Of a DNA stretch of 64,000 nt, positions 10,206 through 19,900 are shown in pieces. The notes under the pieces are model-generated. The model worked only from the letters and a program-made list of their open reading frames with translations, had not been told where the DNA came from and did not search any database. The position numbers were made by a program, and so were the translations under genes. The stretch is from Promethearchaeota archaeon. GTDB lineage: Archaea; Asgardarchaeota; Heimdallarchaeia; Hodarchaeales; Hodarchaeaceae. The stretch covers positions 160,001 through 224,000 of the forward strand of contig JBHLMN010000008.1 of NCBI GenBank assembly GCA_048938105.1, given 5' to 3'. Position 1 is the first letter of the stretch, and every line of letters begins with the position of its first letter.

Positions 10206-12350
10206 TTACAGAGTATTATTTGCAAATTCAACATCAATATAAGCATCAATTAATTGATTAGCTATAGCAGTTGATTGTTGATCAGTGGAATTAAAAAAAG
10301 CACAATCATAAAAATCACTATCGGATTCTCCATCAATCCCCCCGCCTCCATTCCACTCTGTTGGGTCAAGATCTATCTCTCGGGTGGAATCAAATTCTTC
10401 CAATCCAATCAGTAAATAGAATCTCATTATTGGACTATATATCTTATTTCTAGGAACGCGGAATTCCAACCAATTATCTGTAGTTGATAATTGATAATCG
10501 TTTTCATTAGCATCAAATATGAGTTGCCAGTTAAATATATCTTCCGTATTAAAGCATTCAATGTTACGACCGATCTTAAGTAACCGTTCACAGGATGAAT
10601 TCAAGGTTGTCTCTGCTTCCGTAATTTCCAAGAGACCATTGTCATCATTATGTACTTGGTCAGTATCAATTCCTAGATAAATCATCGCTAAATCTTGTCC
10701 GATTGGACTTTGCCACCCAACTTGTGTAAAATTAACTACTTGAAGCAAAAAGTAAAAATAGTTACTATTTATAATTATACGTAACTCTAACAAGTCACAA
10801 TAATTCTTTGTAGCAAAAATTCTATTTGGACTGGGATATGAGTAATCTCCATCTCCTATATCATCATTCAAAGCATCTTTCCAAATAATTTCACCCTCAA
10901 TAAATACTTGTGAATTTACTGAAAGATTTTCAGGGAGTTTTTGCCAATCAGCAATCGAAAAATCATTGAGATCTCGGATAGAACCAGTAATATAGCTTTC
11001 GTTTTGATTTTCTAGAAATTGAAAACTACCTAAATAAAGGATAGGTATTATAATCATTGGGATCAGACAAATCACGATTGAAAATGGTAGATTTTGCCAA
11101 GGAATTTTCGCAAGATCTTTAAAATATCGTTTAAAAGAATCTGTTAGATGAGTTAATCCTTTTAAGGATTCTATTTCCCCATATATTGCATATTTGAATA
11201 AATTTTCGATGAATATTCCACAACATATTGTTATTGGTATTTCAAAAAGAGTAAGATATTGAGGCCATCTTGTAGTCCAAAAGATCAAAAAAATAACGTT
11301 TGCACTATAAAAAAGTATGATTGTCCAGTATTTTCTTGATGAACTACTTTCTTGGGAGTTAAAAGCTAATAAAAATAGCAAAAAAATCCCAAAGATGGAT
11401 CCTACAAAGATTATTCCATCAAGATATATTATTGGAAAATTCTGATGCCATATCGTTGGATTTGAGTCCCCTAATAACCATTCAAATTGACGAAGGAGAT
11501 TTGGATCCTTTACACCCTCTGATTGAGAGTAATCATAATGATAGCTAAATGAACTAACGAAGGCCAATGGATTATTTAGAATCCTTGGATTAAAAATGCA
11601 AAAAGCAATCAGAAATATTAGTAGCCAAATAATCGGTTTATGAAATATTTTTGTACAAATAAATACTAAACTTTTGAATTTGGACATCTTAAGAGTAATT
11701 AGATTTTTAATCTTGCTTTCCTCATTCAACAGACAGATTCCTAAGAAAATAATTCCAACAGTGATCATTGCATGATATTTTGAAGCAAATGCTGCCGCAA
11801 CTAAGATTGCACTTGATTTCCACCAGAAATTATTAGTATCTTTTATTTTAATAAAAGCAATTATCGCTAAAATACTAAAGAAGCAAAGACTCGCTTCTAA
11901 ATAGGCTTGTGATGTATACTTAATTGAAAACGAAGAAACTGACCAAAGAAGTGCAGAAGTGAAACCAAATTCTTTCCATAAAATTATTGCAACCCCTGTT
12001 GCTAGTAAAATAGATATTAACCTACATGCAATAAAATTATCCATCTTGAAAAGGGATCCTTCCCCTACAAAGATAATACCTATTGCAAATAGAATTTTCG
12101 CTAATAATGGGTGTTCTGGATTGTCTTCGGAAGTAATGATCTCCCCCCAGTTCCAGTTTAGAAGAGATTTTGCATACATCTCTGCTATTGGAACATATAC
12201 AAACTCATCAAAATCCCCCTCCCCAGTCTCATACATCGTAGTTGCAGCTTGGAGACGTAATCCAATTGAACAAATGATTATAATACTAAGAGATAGAATC
12301 TGTATTATTAACTTGGGTGAGAATTCTTTAAAATTATTGTATGGTTTCAT
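10206..12350 (-). CDS. GT-C fold (GT39/PMT-like) membrane glycosyltransferase fused to a C-terminal glucodextranase DOMON-like carbohydrate-binding domain
   Basis: 'DFDEFVY' acidic loop after TM1, 'EHPLLAK', about 10 TM helices and 'ASKY'; C-terminal 'DDIGDGDYSYP...DLLELRI...IDT...EWNGGGG' resembles Glucodextran_C/DOMON. Confidence 0.7.
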   Translation of the reverse strand: MKPYNNFKEFSPKLIIQILSLSIIIICSIGLRLQAATTMYETGEGDFDEFVYVPIAEMYAKSLLNWNWGEIITSEDNPEHPLLAKILFAIGIIFVGEGSLFKMDNFIACRLISILLATGVAIILWKEFGFTSALLWSVSSFSIKYTSQAYLEASLCFFSILAIIAFIKIKDTNNFWWKSSAILVAAAFASKYHAMITVGIIFLGICLLNEESKIKNLITLKMSKFKSLVFICTKIFHKPIIWLLIFLIAFCIFNPRILNNPLAFVSSFSYHYDYSQSEGVKDPNLLRQFEWLLGDSNPTIWHQNFPIIYLDGIIFVGSIFGIFLLFLLAFNSQESSSSRKYWTIILFYSANVIFLIFWTTRWPQYLTLFEIPITICCGIFIENLFKYAIYGEIESLKGLTHLTDSFKRYFKDLAKIPWQNLPFSIVICLIPMIIIPILYLGSFQFLENQNESYITGSIRDLNDFSIADWQKLPENLSVNSQVFIEGEIIWKDALNDDIGDGDYSYPSPNRIFATKNYCDLLELRIIINSNYFYFLLQVVNFTQVGWQSPIGQDLAMIYLGIDTDQVHNDDNGLLEITEAETTLNSSCERLLKIGRNIECFNTEDIFNWQLIFDANENDYQLSTTDNWLEFRVPRNKIYSPIMRFYLLIGLEEFDSTREIDLDPTEWNGGGGIDGESDSDFYDCAFFNSTDQQSTAIANQLIDAYIDVEFANNTL

Positions 12351-12548
12351 TTTGAATTATTTTCCAAAAAATGTATTTTATTTATTTATGTCTTTTTAAG
12401 TTTCTAATTCTATTTTCATTCTTCACTTTCAAATAAACTCTAGGGTTTAAGGCTTTAACATAACAGTTTCCTCTGTAAAAAAGCCAGTTTGATATTTTAT
12501 TTAAACCAATAATAATCTACTTCAATCAAATCAAAAGGTGAGAAAAAA

Positions 12549-12686
12549 ATGATTGGAATAAAGAAAAACAAAAAAATAGAAAAAGTAAATGCAAAGGAAA
12601 AATCAAAATTCTTTCATAAGAATAAGCAAAACATTACCCATCCATTATATGGCAAAATGTCTACTGGTCTTTTCTCCTACCCTTAA
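12549..12686 (+). CDS. Putative small Lys-rich protein (45 aa), below the ORF-track cut-off
   Basis: ATG at 12549 to TAA at 12686 gives MIGIKKNKKIEKVNAKEKSKFFHKNKQNITHPLYGKMSTGLFSYP. AGGTGA lies just upstream, an AT-rich TTTATTTAAA lies ~45-50 nt upstream, and a T-tract follows. Confidence 0.45.
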   Translation: MIGIKKNKKIEKVNAKEKSKFFHKNKQNITHPLYGKMSTGLFSYP

Positions 12687-12690
12687 CATA

Positions 12691-12707
12691 TTTTCTTTTT
12701 TTTATTT
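12691..12707 (+). terminator. Archaeal-type oligo-T terminator candidate
   Basis: TTTTCTTTTTTTTATTT directly after the stop codon of the small ORF. Confidence 0.35.
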
Positions 12708-12769
12708 ATATCTCAAGGCTCAGATTATACTTTTTGGGAAGAATCAATAGCATTATTTGGGAGTAACTA

Positions 12770-15700
12770 TCATTTTCTGTTCTGTTTTCTCCAATGGTAA
12801 ATAATAGTCAGGGAGAATAATAATACAACGCTTGGCCATACTTCCCAAGTGGATTTTGCCGTAGTTGTTGTAGTAAAGGTTGAGCTTAATGTTGTAGTCG
12901 TTAGAATATCTTTCACTCTTATTTTAATAACAGAAGTTTGAGCTTTATTACCGAATTCATCCGTTGCACTCACAAAAATTGTAACCTTTGGAATATTAAA
13001 TGGTCCTATAATGGCAGCATAGTAATTTAAATTAATTTTAGTCATAAATTTCTGTGTAAAAGTTGTTCCATCATCTAAACTGACATGCAATATAACTGAA
13101 GTGACAGCTGAGTGATCGCTGATATTTACAGTTATAGTTATTAGTTGGTCTCGGAATATTTCTGATGGAGCATTAATTGCTAAGTTAGGAGGTGTTGAAT
13201 CACTAATTATTGTATTAATCGTTTTTATTATTAAAACATCGTCATTAAATGAAAATAAAAATCTTATAGTTGTTTTTCCTCCAGCTATTCCTTTGAAAAG
13301 GACATTTATTGAATTATTACCAGGATTAAGTAAAATATAACTGTACCAAGGGAAAATTTTACTTCCAGTAATATTTAGAAGACCATAGATACTAAAAAGT
13401 TCATGATTTTCAAGTTTAATTGGCAGGTTAATTTCCTCTTCAACGTTAATCCTAGACAAATCAATATAATGGATTGTTGGTACTATACTAGGAGGAGCAG
13501 TAGTAAAAGGTTTCATAAATTGAGTTGGTTCTTTTAATTCAGCTGCTACTAAGATAAATGTTAAATTTTTAGTGGAGATAAAGCCTGTTACATCTACTGA
13601 GAAAGTAACCAGGACTGAAGAATGAGAATTAATATTGCCTACTGTAACGTAGGTCGTTTCAGAAACAAGTCCAGGAAGGAGAACAATACTAAGATTCACA
13701 GATGTTGCAGGAACATTTGCAACATTAGTCAAATATATTCTTATTGTAGTGGATGTACCTGGTTGTAAGTTAGATTGATACAGAAGTGAACCTGTTAAGA
13801 ATCGTGGGATTTCAATAGTAAGTTTCAGTTTTCGTTCATGATGTAATTTACCGTTAATTAAGATTTGGATTGTACAATAATATTCCATACTAGTAGCATT
13901 CTCTTTTCCTCTTATGACCCAGGTGACCTGTTTTGCTGTTAATGGAGCCATATCTCCTAATTCTTGGAGAGGTGAGCCTTGATAGAGTTCTAAATCCTCA
14001 GGTAATATCAATTCGACTACTACTGAATCTGCTGTAATTCCTCCCCGAGATTCAACAGCAAATGTTACCTCTTTGGTTTCCAAATTTGAGAACGAACCAA
14101 AATCAATAGTTCGATCATTAACAAGATCAATATTAACCAAATTCAACAATGATTTATCTTGTGAGTTTCCTTCCACAAATTGCTGCCAAGAGTAACGTGG
14201 TTCATTAATTGTCACCATAGGATAATTGAATGATGTTGTTATCGCATCAATGTACTGAATCATCCGTCTACAGAATTGCCAGTCGTCACCAATTTGCTGA
14301 TCAGATCCTAACCACCAGAAAGCATCACTCCCTTCAGCAATTGTAATATATCGCCATAATGTTTCGTTCTCAGTATCCGTTAATTCTTCCTGATGATTAA
14401 CTAGGAAGTCTCGTCCTTCCATTATATAATTCCAAAGTAGATTTTCGTCTGGTTCACCGTACCAAGTTGAAGTAGTCCCATCGACCCAAGATCCACCACC
14501 ATAGGGAGGTGGATAATTTTTTGTATAGCTAAGCTCAGATGAAGTTAGTATTTTTGTTGGAGGAATACTTTGTATAGCTTCCTCTAATGTCGCAGTTTGT
14601 ATCCACCCGAGTATTTGTGATTCCTCTAAAGCAGTATATACATATTCCAATAAATATCGTGCTGATGGGGCTCCCCAGATCATCCAATTTTCGCCATCAG
14701 CAGCTATTGTTAATACTCTATCTGAATCGCTTTCTACAACTTGTTCTTTATAGATTGAGATGAATTGTCCCATTAAATCTCGAGCAGCATCTTCTGCTGA
14801 TGGATAATTATTATAAGTAAAACCTATATAATTAGAAATAGTTGTATGTCGGAAAAAAACAACCATTTTCTCCCCTGTGATAGAATCAACAACCCAATAA
14901 GGTTCATAAGGTCGATTCCCACCACCTAGGTTCACATCTGACCAGATAGTGTGGTTTATTCCATTTTTAATCCAATATGGAATGATTGGAGTATTGAAAC
15001 TCATTTCTGGTTGCCATGCTCCGTGTGGATTATAATCAAAAAGATTTGAAGTTACATCTTTCCCGAGAGACATTTGACGATTAATATCATCCCACCATCC
15101 CCAGTTGGCTAGAAGTGCAAAAATTGGATGATTATAACCAGAAGTCAGTATTTCTAGTTTTCCATTTCTGCTTTGATTATGCAGAATGTCGTAATGGAGC
15201 TCAATTGTTTTATTAATGTTTTCGACCCAATCATATGTCCAGGTTCCACTATTATTCCATCCGTTTCTGGAAGCTAACCACTGTACTAGGAGGGAGGGTT
15301 GTAAATTGATGGTCACTGAAATATTGGGATGACGATAGAGATCTTCCACATGCCATAAGTAAGGTCCTTCTGTGTGGGCTTGAGCCCATGGCGCAAGAAA
15401 GTTGGGGGGATCTGTAAATGGTTCTGTATAGAATGGTTGATGTTGGTGCCAGACAAAAGATACGTACAATTTCTTCGTTGTCAAAGTTGTATCAACAATA
15501 TTGAGGTTAATTGTTTTCTCAAAAACGATATTACTTCCCTCTAACACCTCTACATCTAAATTATATGAACCCATGTCCTTACTATGATTGAATATATGAA
15601 CCAACGTTAAATTGCTACTGCCTGGGAATGGAAGATTCGTCCATTGGTAAATAAGTATCCTATCCAGATGTAGGTTCACTGTTACTTCTTTTTGATTCTT

Positions 15701-16798
15701 AGCTACATTCTCAAGAAAAATAGTTGCATTTATGTCCTGATCAGTGGTGTAAACAAACCTATCCAGACTTAGAGAACCAATAATTCCAAGCTTTTCTAAG
15801 AAGCCAGTGATCCCTGCTTCCTCCATCTCTGAAGTTAAAGGCCCTCCATATAGACTTAAACTATAAGTCACTGATTCCCCTGGAGAAAGAATCTTTTCAG
15901 AATAACACACTCGTGTTTCAATCCCCCATGAAGATGACTCCAGTCGAAAATATTTTGTTGTATTGTGATATATCATTCCACCAAATGCTCCTTCCGACAG
16001 ATCATAAATCCCTGACCATTCCAAGTCGTTCCATTGAAAGAAATTCCATGAAAGAGTCTGACCAATAGTTGATTGTCCTCCATGACTATAAGCTTGGTAG
16101 TCACTACTGTGGTCTGGCCCAATTTTACTGCCCCATCCTAAGGTATAACCCATTGGATTTCCCGTATCTTGGCCCTCTAAACCAATTGAGGATGCTGTTG
16201 GATTAGTAAAGTTGATAGTTAAATTACCCCAATGTTTATTTTCAGCTATCTGGAATGTTATGGTAACATTAAGGCCAGCTAAATCCGAAGCAGTTCCCTC
16301 ATATGTACTATTAAAAACATAGAATCCCTGAATTGTTGCTATCCCCCCCACTTCCTGTGTCACCAGATCAAATGGTGCGTCCCATAATTCTCCTGTCCAA
16401 GGTTGGTTTGTAACCCAACTCCATAATGGATACCGATTTGTGATTAAATCTCCACCTGCACTTGACACTCCAGAGTTTGCTGCTAGTTCCGTATTCGAGG
16501 TATTATCATACCATTTTACTAACCGAAACCCATAACGAGTTATCCCAATTGTGACTACTCCAGTATTAATGATATATTCATTCCCTGGAATGTCAGGATT
16601 CAGGTCAATTTCTCTTATCATACTTTGTTGTATCTTTTTATTAAATCCAGAATTAACCTCTTTTTCCGAAAAAGAATGAAAAAGCTTTGTAGAAGACGTA
16701 ATTTCATTAGAAGACGACATAAACGTCATTTCTATTACAATCATGGGAGTTATTAATATTAAAACAACCAATATTCTGCTAAAGTCATTCTTTTTCAT
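12770..16798 (-). CDS. Secreted, C-terminally anchored GH57 glycoside hydrolase (amylopullulanase-like)
   Basis: Signal-like N-terminus; GH57 conserved regions HQHQP, WQPEM (nucleophile Glu), AADGENW (acid/base Asp) and AEGSDAFWW; Ig/CARDB-like C-terminal region; Thr-rich linker, TM helix and RKQNRK tail. Confidence 0.85.
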   Translation of the reverse strand: MKKNDFSRILVVLILITPMIVIEMTFMSSSNEITSSTKLFHSFSEKEVNSGFNKKIQQSMIREIDLNPDIPGNEYIINTGVVTIGITRYGFRLVKWYDNTSNTELAANSGVSSAGGDLITNRYPLWSWVTNQPWTGELWDAPFDLVTQEVGGIATIQGFYVFNSTYEGTASDLAGLNVTITFQIAENKHWGNLTINFTNPTASSIGLEGQDTGNPMGYTLGWGSKIGPDHSSDYQAYSHGGQSTIGQTLSWNFFQWNDLEWSGIYDLSEGAFGGMIYHNTTKYFRLESSSWGIETRVCYSEKILSPGESVTYSLSLYGGPLTSEMEEAGITGFLEKLGIIGSLSLDRFVYTTDQDINATIFLENVAKNQKEVTVNLHLDRILIYQWTNLPFPGSSNLTLVHIFNHSKDMGSYNLDVEVLEGSNIVFEKTINLNIVDTTLTTKKLYVSFVWHQHQPFYTEPFTDPPNFLAPWAQAHTEGPYLWHVEDLYRHPNISVTINLQPSLLVQWLASRNGWNNSGTWTYDWVENINKTIELHYDILHNQSRNGKLEILTSGYNHPIFALLANWGWWDDINRQMSLGKDVTSNLFDYNPHGAWQPEMSFNTPIIPYWIKNGINHTIWSDVNLGGGNRPYEPYWVVDSITGEKMVVFFRHTTISNYIGFTYNNYPSAEDAARDLMGQFISIYKEQVVESDSDRVLTIAADGENWMIWGAPSARYLLEYVYTALEESQILGWIQTATLEEAIQSIPPTKILTSSELSYTKNYPPPYGGGSWVDGTTSTWYGEPDENLLWNYIMEGRDFLVNHQEELTDTENETLWRYITIAEGSDAFWWLGSDQQIGDDWQFCRRMIQYIDAITTSFNYPMVTINEPRYSWQQFVEGNSQDKSLLNLVNIDLVNDRTIDFGSFSNLETKEVTFAVESRGGITADSVVVELILPEDLELYQGSPLQELGDMAPLTAKQVTWVIRGKENATSMEYYCTIQILINGKLHHERKLKLTIEIPRFLTGSLLYQSNLQPGTSTTIRIYLTNVANVPATSVNLSIVLLPGLVSETTYVTVGNINSHSSVLVTFSVDVTGFISTKNLTFILVAAELKEPTQFMKPFTTAPPSIVPTIHYIDLSRINVEEEINLPIKLENHELFSIYGLLNITGSKIFPWYSYILLNPGNNSINVLFKGIAGGKTTIRFLFSFNDDVLIIKTINTIISDSTPPNLAINAPSEIFRDQLITITVNISDHSAVTSVILHVSLDDGTTFTQKFMTKINLNYYAAIIGPFNIPKVTIFVSATDEFGNKAQTSVIKIRVKDILTTTTLSSTFTTTTTAKSTWEVWPSVVLLFSLTIIYHWRKQNRK

Positions 16799-16967
16799 AT
16801 TTATCCCTAAAGTCCTTTATTCTTGTTATTACGATTTTTAAAGGCTAGTGTTAAGCTTATGAATAAAAAAACAATGTTCAAAAATAGAAAACCTAGAGCT
16901 TCACTTATCGACGACTTTGAAGTTGAAAGAAAGGTGACCATCTACCAATATTGTCCTACTCTTGGAT

Positions 16968-19900
16968 TCATATAAACTTAGAGCGTTTACGGATGATTTT
17001 AACTAGAAGTAACAATAGAAATAATGATAATGTCACTTCGAGAGCTAGAAAACCTGGAGCCCTACCTTCTGATGATGTAGTGGTCATACTAGAGGTAGTA
17101 GTTGTTGATGTTTCTATTTCAATCTTAAATTCAATCTGTAATTCCTTTGTTTGGACATTCCCAAGTGAATCTGTGGCTTCAATTTTAAGGTAAAGTGTTT
17201 CAGCATCTTGAAATGGCCCTATAATAGCTGACCAGTCATTCTCTCCTGTTTTTATCATACTTTTACTTGTCCAATCCTTAGTAAGATCAGTCTTATATTT
17301 TAACACAACAATTTGGATTCCTGATGGATCAATCACAGTTACTGTGAATGTTATCCGATCAGTTGCTTCTGGTTCTTCTGGTGACCATCGTGCATCTTTA
17401 ATACTAGGGGGAACTTCATCATTAATGAAAATATCACTCGTGAATTCCTTTATAACGCTATCATGGAAATAACAGATGATTTTAACAATTTTTTCTCCTC
17501 CAATCAATCCTTGAACCTCAAAGTTTATAGTTGATGTCTCTAAGGCTTGAAATTGAACAGTTTTGTTAACTGGTACAATTGCTGAACCGTTAATTAATAT
17601 AAGAATGGTTACAGGATAAGAAAGTGTATTTGAAAGGTTAATTCGGATAATTTTTGGTTCAGTGATATCTAAAGTTCCAACTAATTTGTTGAAAATCAAG
17701 ATATCTGAACTTGGTATGGCTGTTCTAATTTGGTGAATACTGATTACTACATCTTCTGCATTTTCAATTTCTATTGTGACCTTAAGTTCTCCAAACGTGT
17801 AAGCATTTACTTCAATAACCCATTCAAATGTAGTCAATTGACCAATATCTATTTCATTAATTGTTTTATTATTATCTCCTTGCAACCCTTGTGGCAAATC
17901 TAAAAAGACAGTAACGTTAACCGCTTTAACAATTCCTATATTTTTCACATTTATACCTAAGATTCCGCTTTTTCCTGGGGAAGCATTTTTAATTCCTAGA
18001 TCATTGATAGATATTACACTTAATTCTGGTTCAGCTGCGTGGATAGTGAATGTATGAACTACATCATCTATGTTATCTGCAGAGATTGTTACTGTAAACT
18101 GATAAGAACCAACATCAGAGCTCACATCAAAGATCCAGTTCGCAATGTACATGTCAATAATTCCATATGCCAAGTCTTCTTGGAAAGTTATTTTATCTAA
18201 AGTTCCAATGTTGATCGTTGAAGAGTTCAACAAAGTTAATCCTGGATCTGTACTTATTACTACTCTCACATTCTGAACTGCTTCTCCTCCTCTACTTTGG
18301 ATAGCGAGAGGAATGGCGAGAGATGACCCTGCTTCGATACCATATTCTCTTGGGAGTTCTAAAGTAGCTGCATAGCCAGGATAAACAGTATCCATTGTTT
18401 GAAAATTAAAAACAGGTTTTTTAAGCCCACTTTCTGTTGTATAATACAGTTGAGGGAGTTTTTCAAATCCAAAGACAGGATCAGATAGGAAAGGCCAGAG
18501 TAAAGTCCAATCTAGTGATACGAAAGCCTTCTCAAAATAACCAGTGATATGATCCGCCCAGTGACGAACTTTAATGAATTGACCTAAATCAGCACCAAAC
18601 CCTCCAGCCCATGTTGCTTCTTCATCACGACCAGCGTAAAAAGCCCAATCAGAACTTTCAGCGTTCATAAGCCACCTCCATAGTTTTAATTCTTCTTCAA
18701 CACTCAAAGATTCTCGCTCTTTATAGAAGAAATCTCTTGCTTCACTCATGTATTTCCACATATCGTTCTCAACGATTTCCCCCCGCCAATTACTGAAGGA
18801 AAATCCTTCCTTATCAGCCCAGGAACCTGATGGAACATTTGAAAGGATTGGTGCTTCAATAGTACCATTTTTGATAAACTTCTCTAATTCTGATAATTTT
18901 AGCGATTTAATCCATCCTCGTGGTTGTTGTTCTTCCAAAGCAGAGTAGAAATTGAATAAAAGCTCATGCGCGTTTGGAGAACCCCCCATAATCATCCAAT
19001 TTTCACCATCTAACGCAATAGGTAAAATTTTATTTTCTTTACCAAAATCTAACCGCTTACCTAAATAGATATCGATCATATCTCCTAATAGTCTCCTAGC
19101 ATTCTCTTTCATGTCTCCCTTATTATATCCGAATGCTATACGATCTCCAATTGGATCTTCTGCCAGTAAAATGATTTCTTTTCCGGTTTCATGTCTAACT
19201 CTATATGGAAGGAGGGGATCATTCATCCCCGAGGCTCTCAGCATAATTTCTTTATTAACAACTGTGTAAGCTATCCCTGTATCATTCAAAATTGGAATAC
19301 AGTCCATAGAAAATGACATTTCAGGAAGCCAAGTACCTCTGACTGTTGTACTTAAGATACTTTCTGTAAAATTCTTCCCCATTTCCATTTGACGGTAAGC
19401 ATCTTCACTAAAACCAGCTTCTATCAATAGTGGCAAAATTGGGTGGGAATAAGGAGTTGTTGTCACTTCTAGCGGGCCATCAGGCTGGGAAAGCTCACTA
19501 TATTTCTGAATAGCAAGTTTTAAATCATCTGTCGCACGATCAGTCCAAGTTCCTGAATCGTTCCATCCATTTTGGGCTATGTACCATTGGTAGAGTAAAA
19601 TTGGTACAATGTTAATAGATACATGTGCTCCTGGATGAGCTTCTAGAGCCTCCCAATGTCTTCTATACGCTCCTTGAGTGTGCAAAAGAGGCCACGGGGA
19701 TGTAAATGTACCACGCCAGTCATAGTTTGCAGGATTGTGTAAATGCCATAAAAATACTGGATATAGTGTTCCTCCCTTGAAATCAACAATATTTAAGGTA
19801 ACACTCCTAGGGATTTCTGCAATTCCCATTGTAGCCTTTAGTTTAAGTTCAGATCTGCCTTCAACCTTCAATACAGAAGAACTAAAAGTGTGCCACTCAT

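Noticed and set aside
16859-16975. 38-codon plus-strand ORF between the two GH57 genes
   Set aside because: No SD-like sequence, antisense across the probable promoter region and overlapping the GH57 stop; likely chance.
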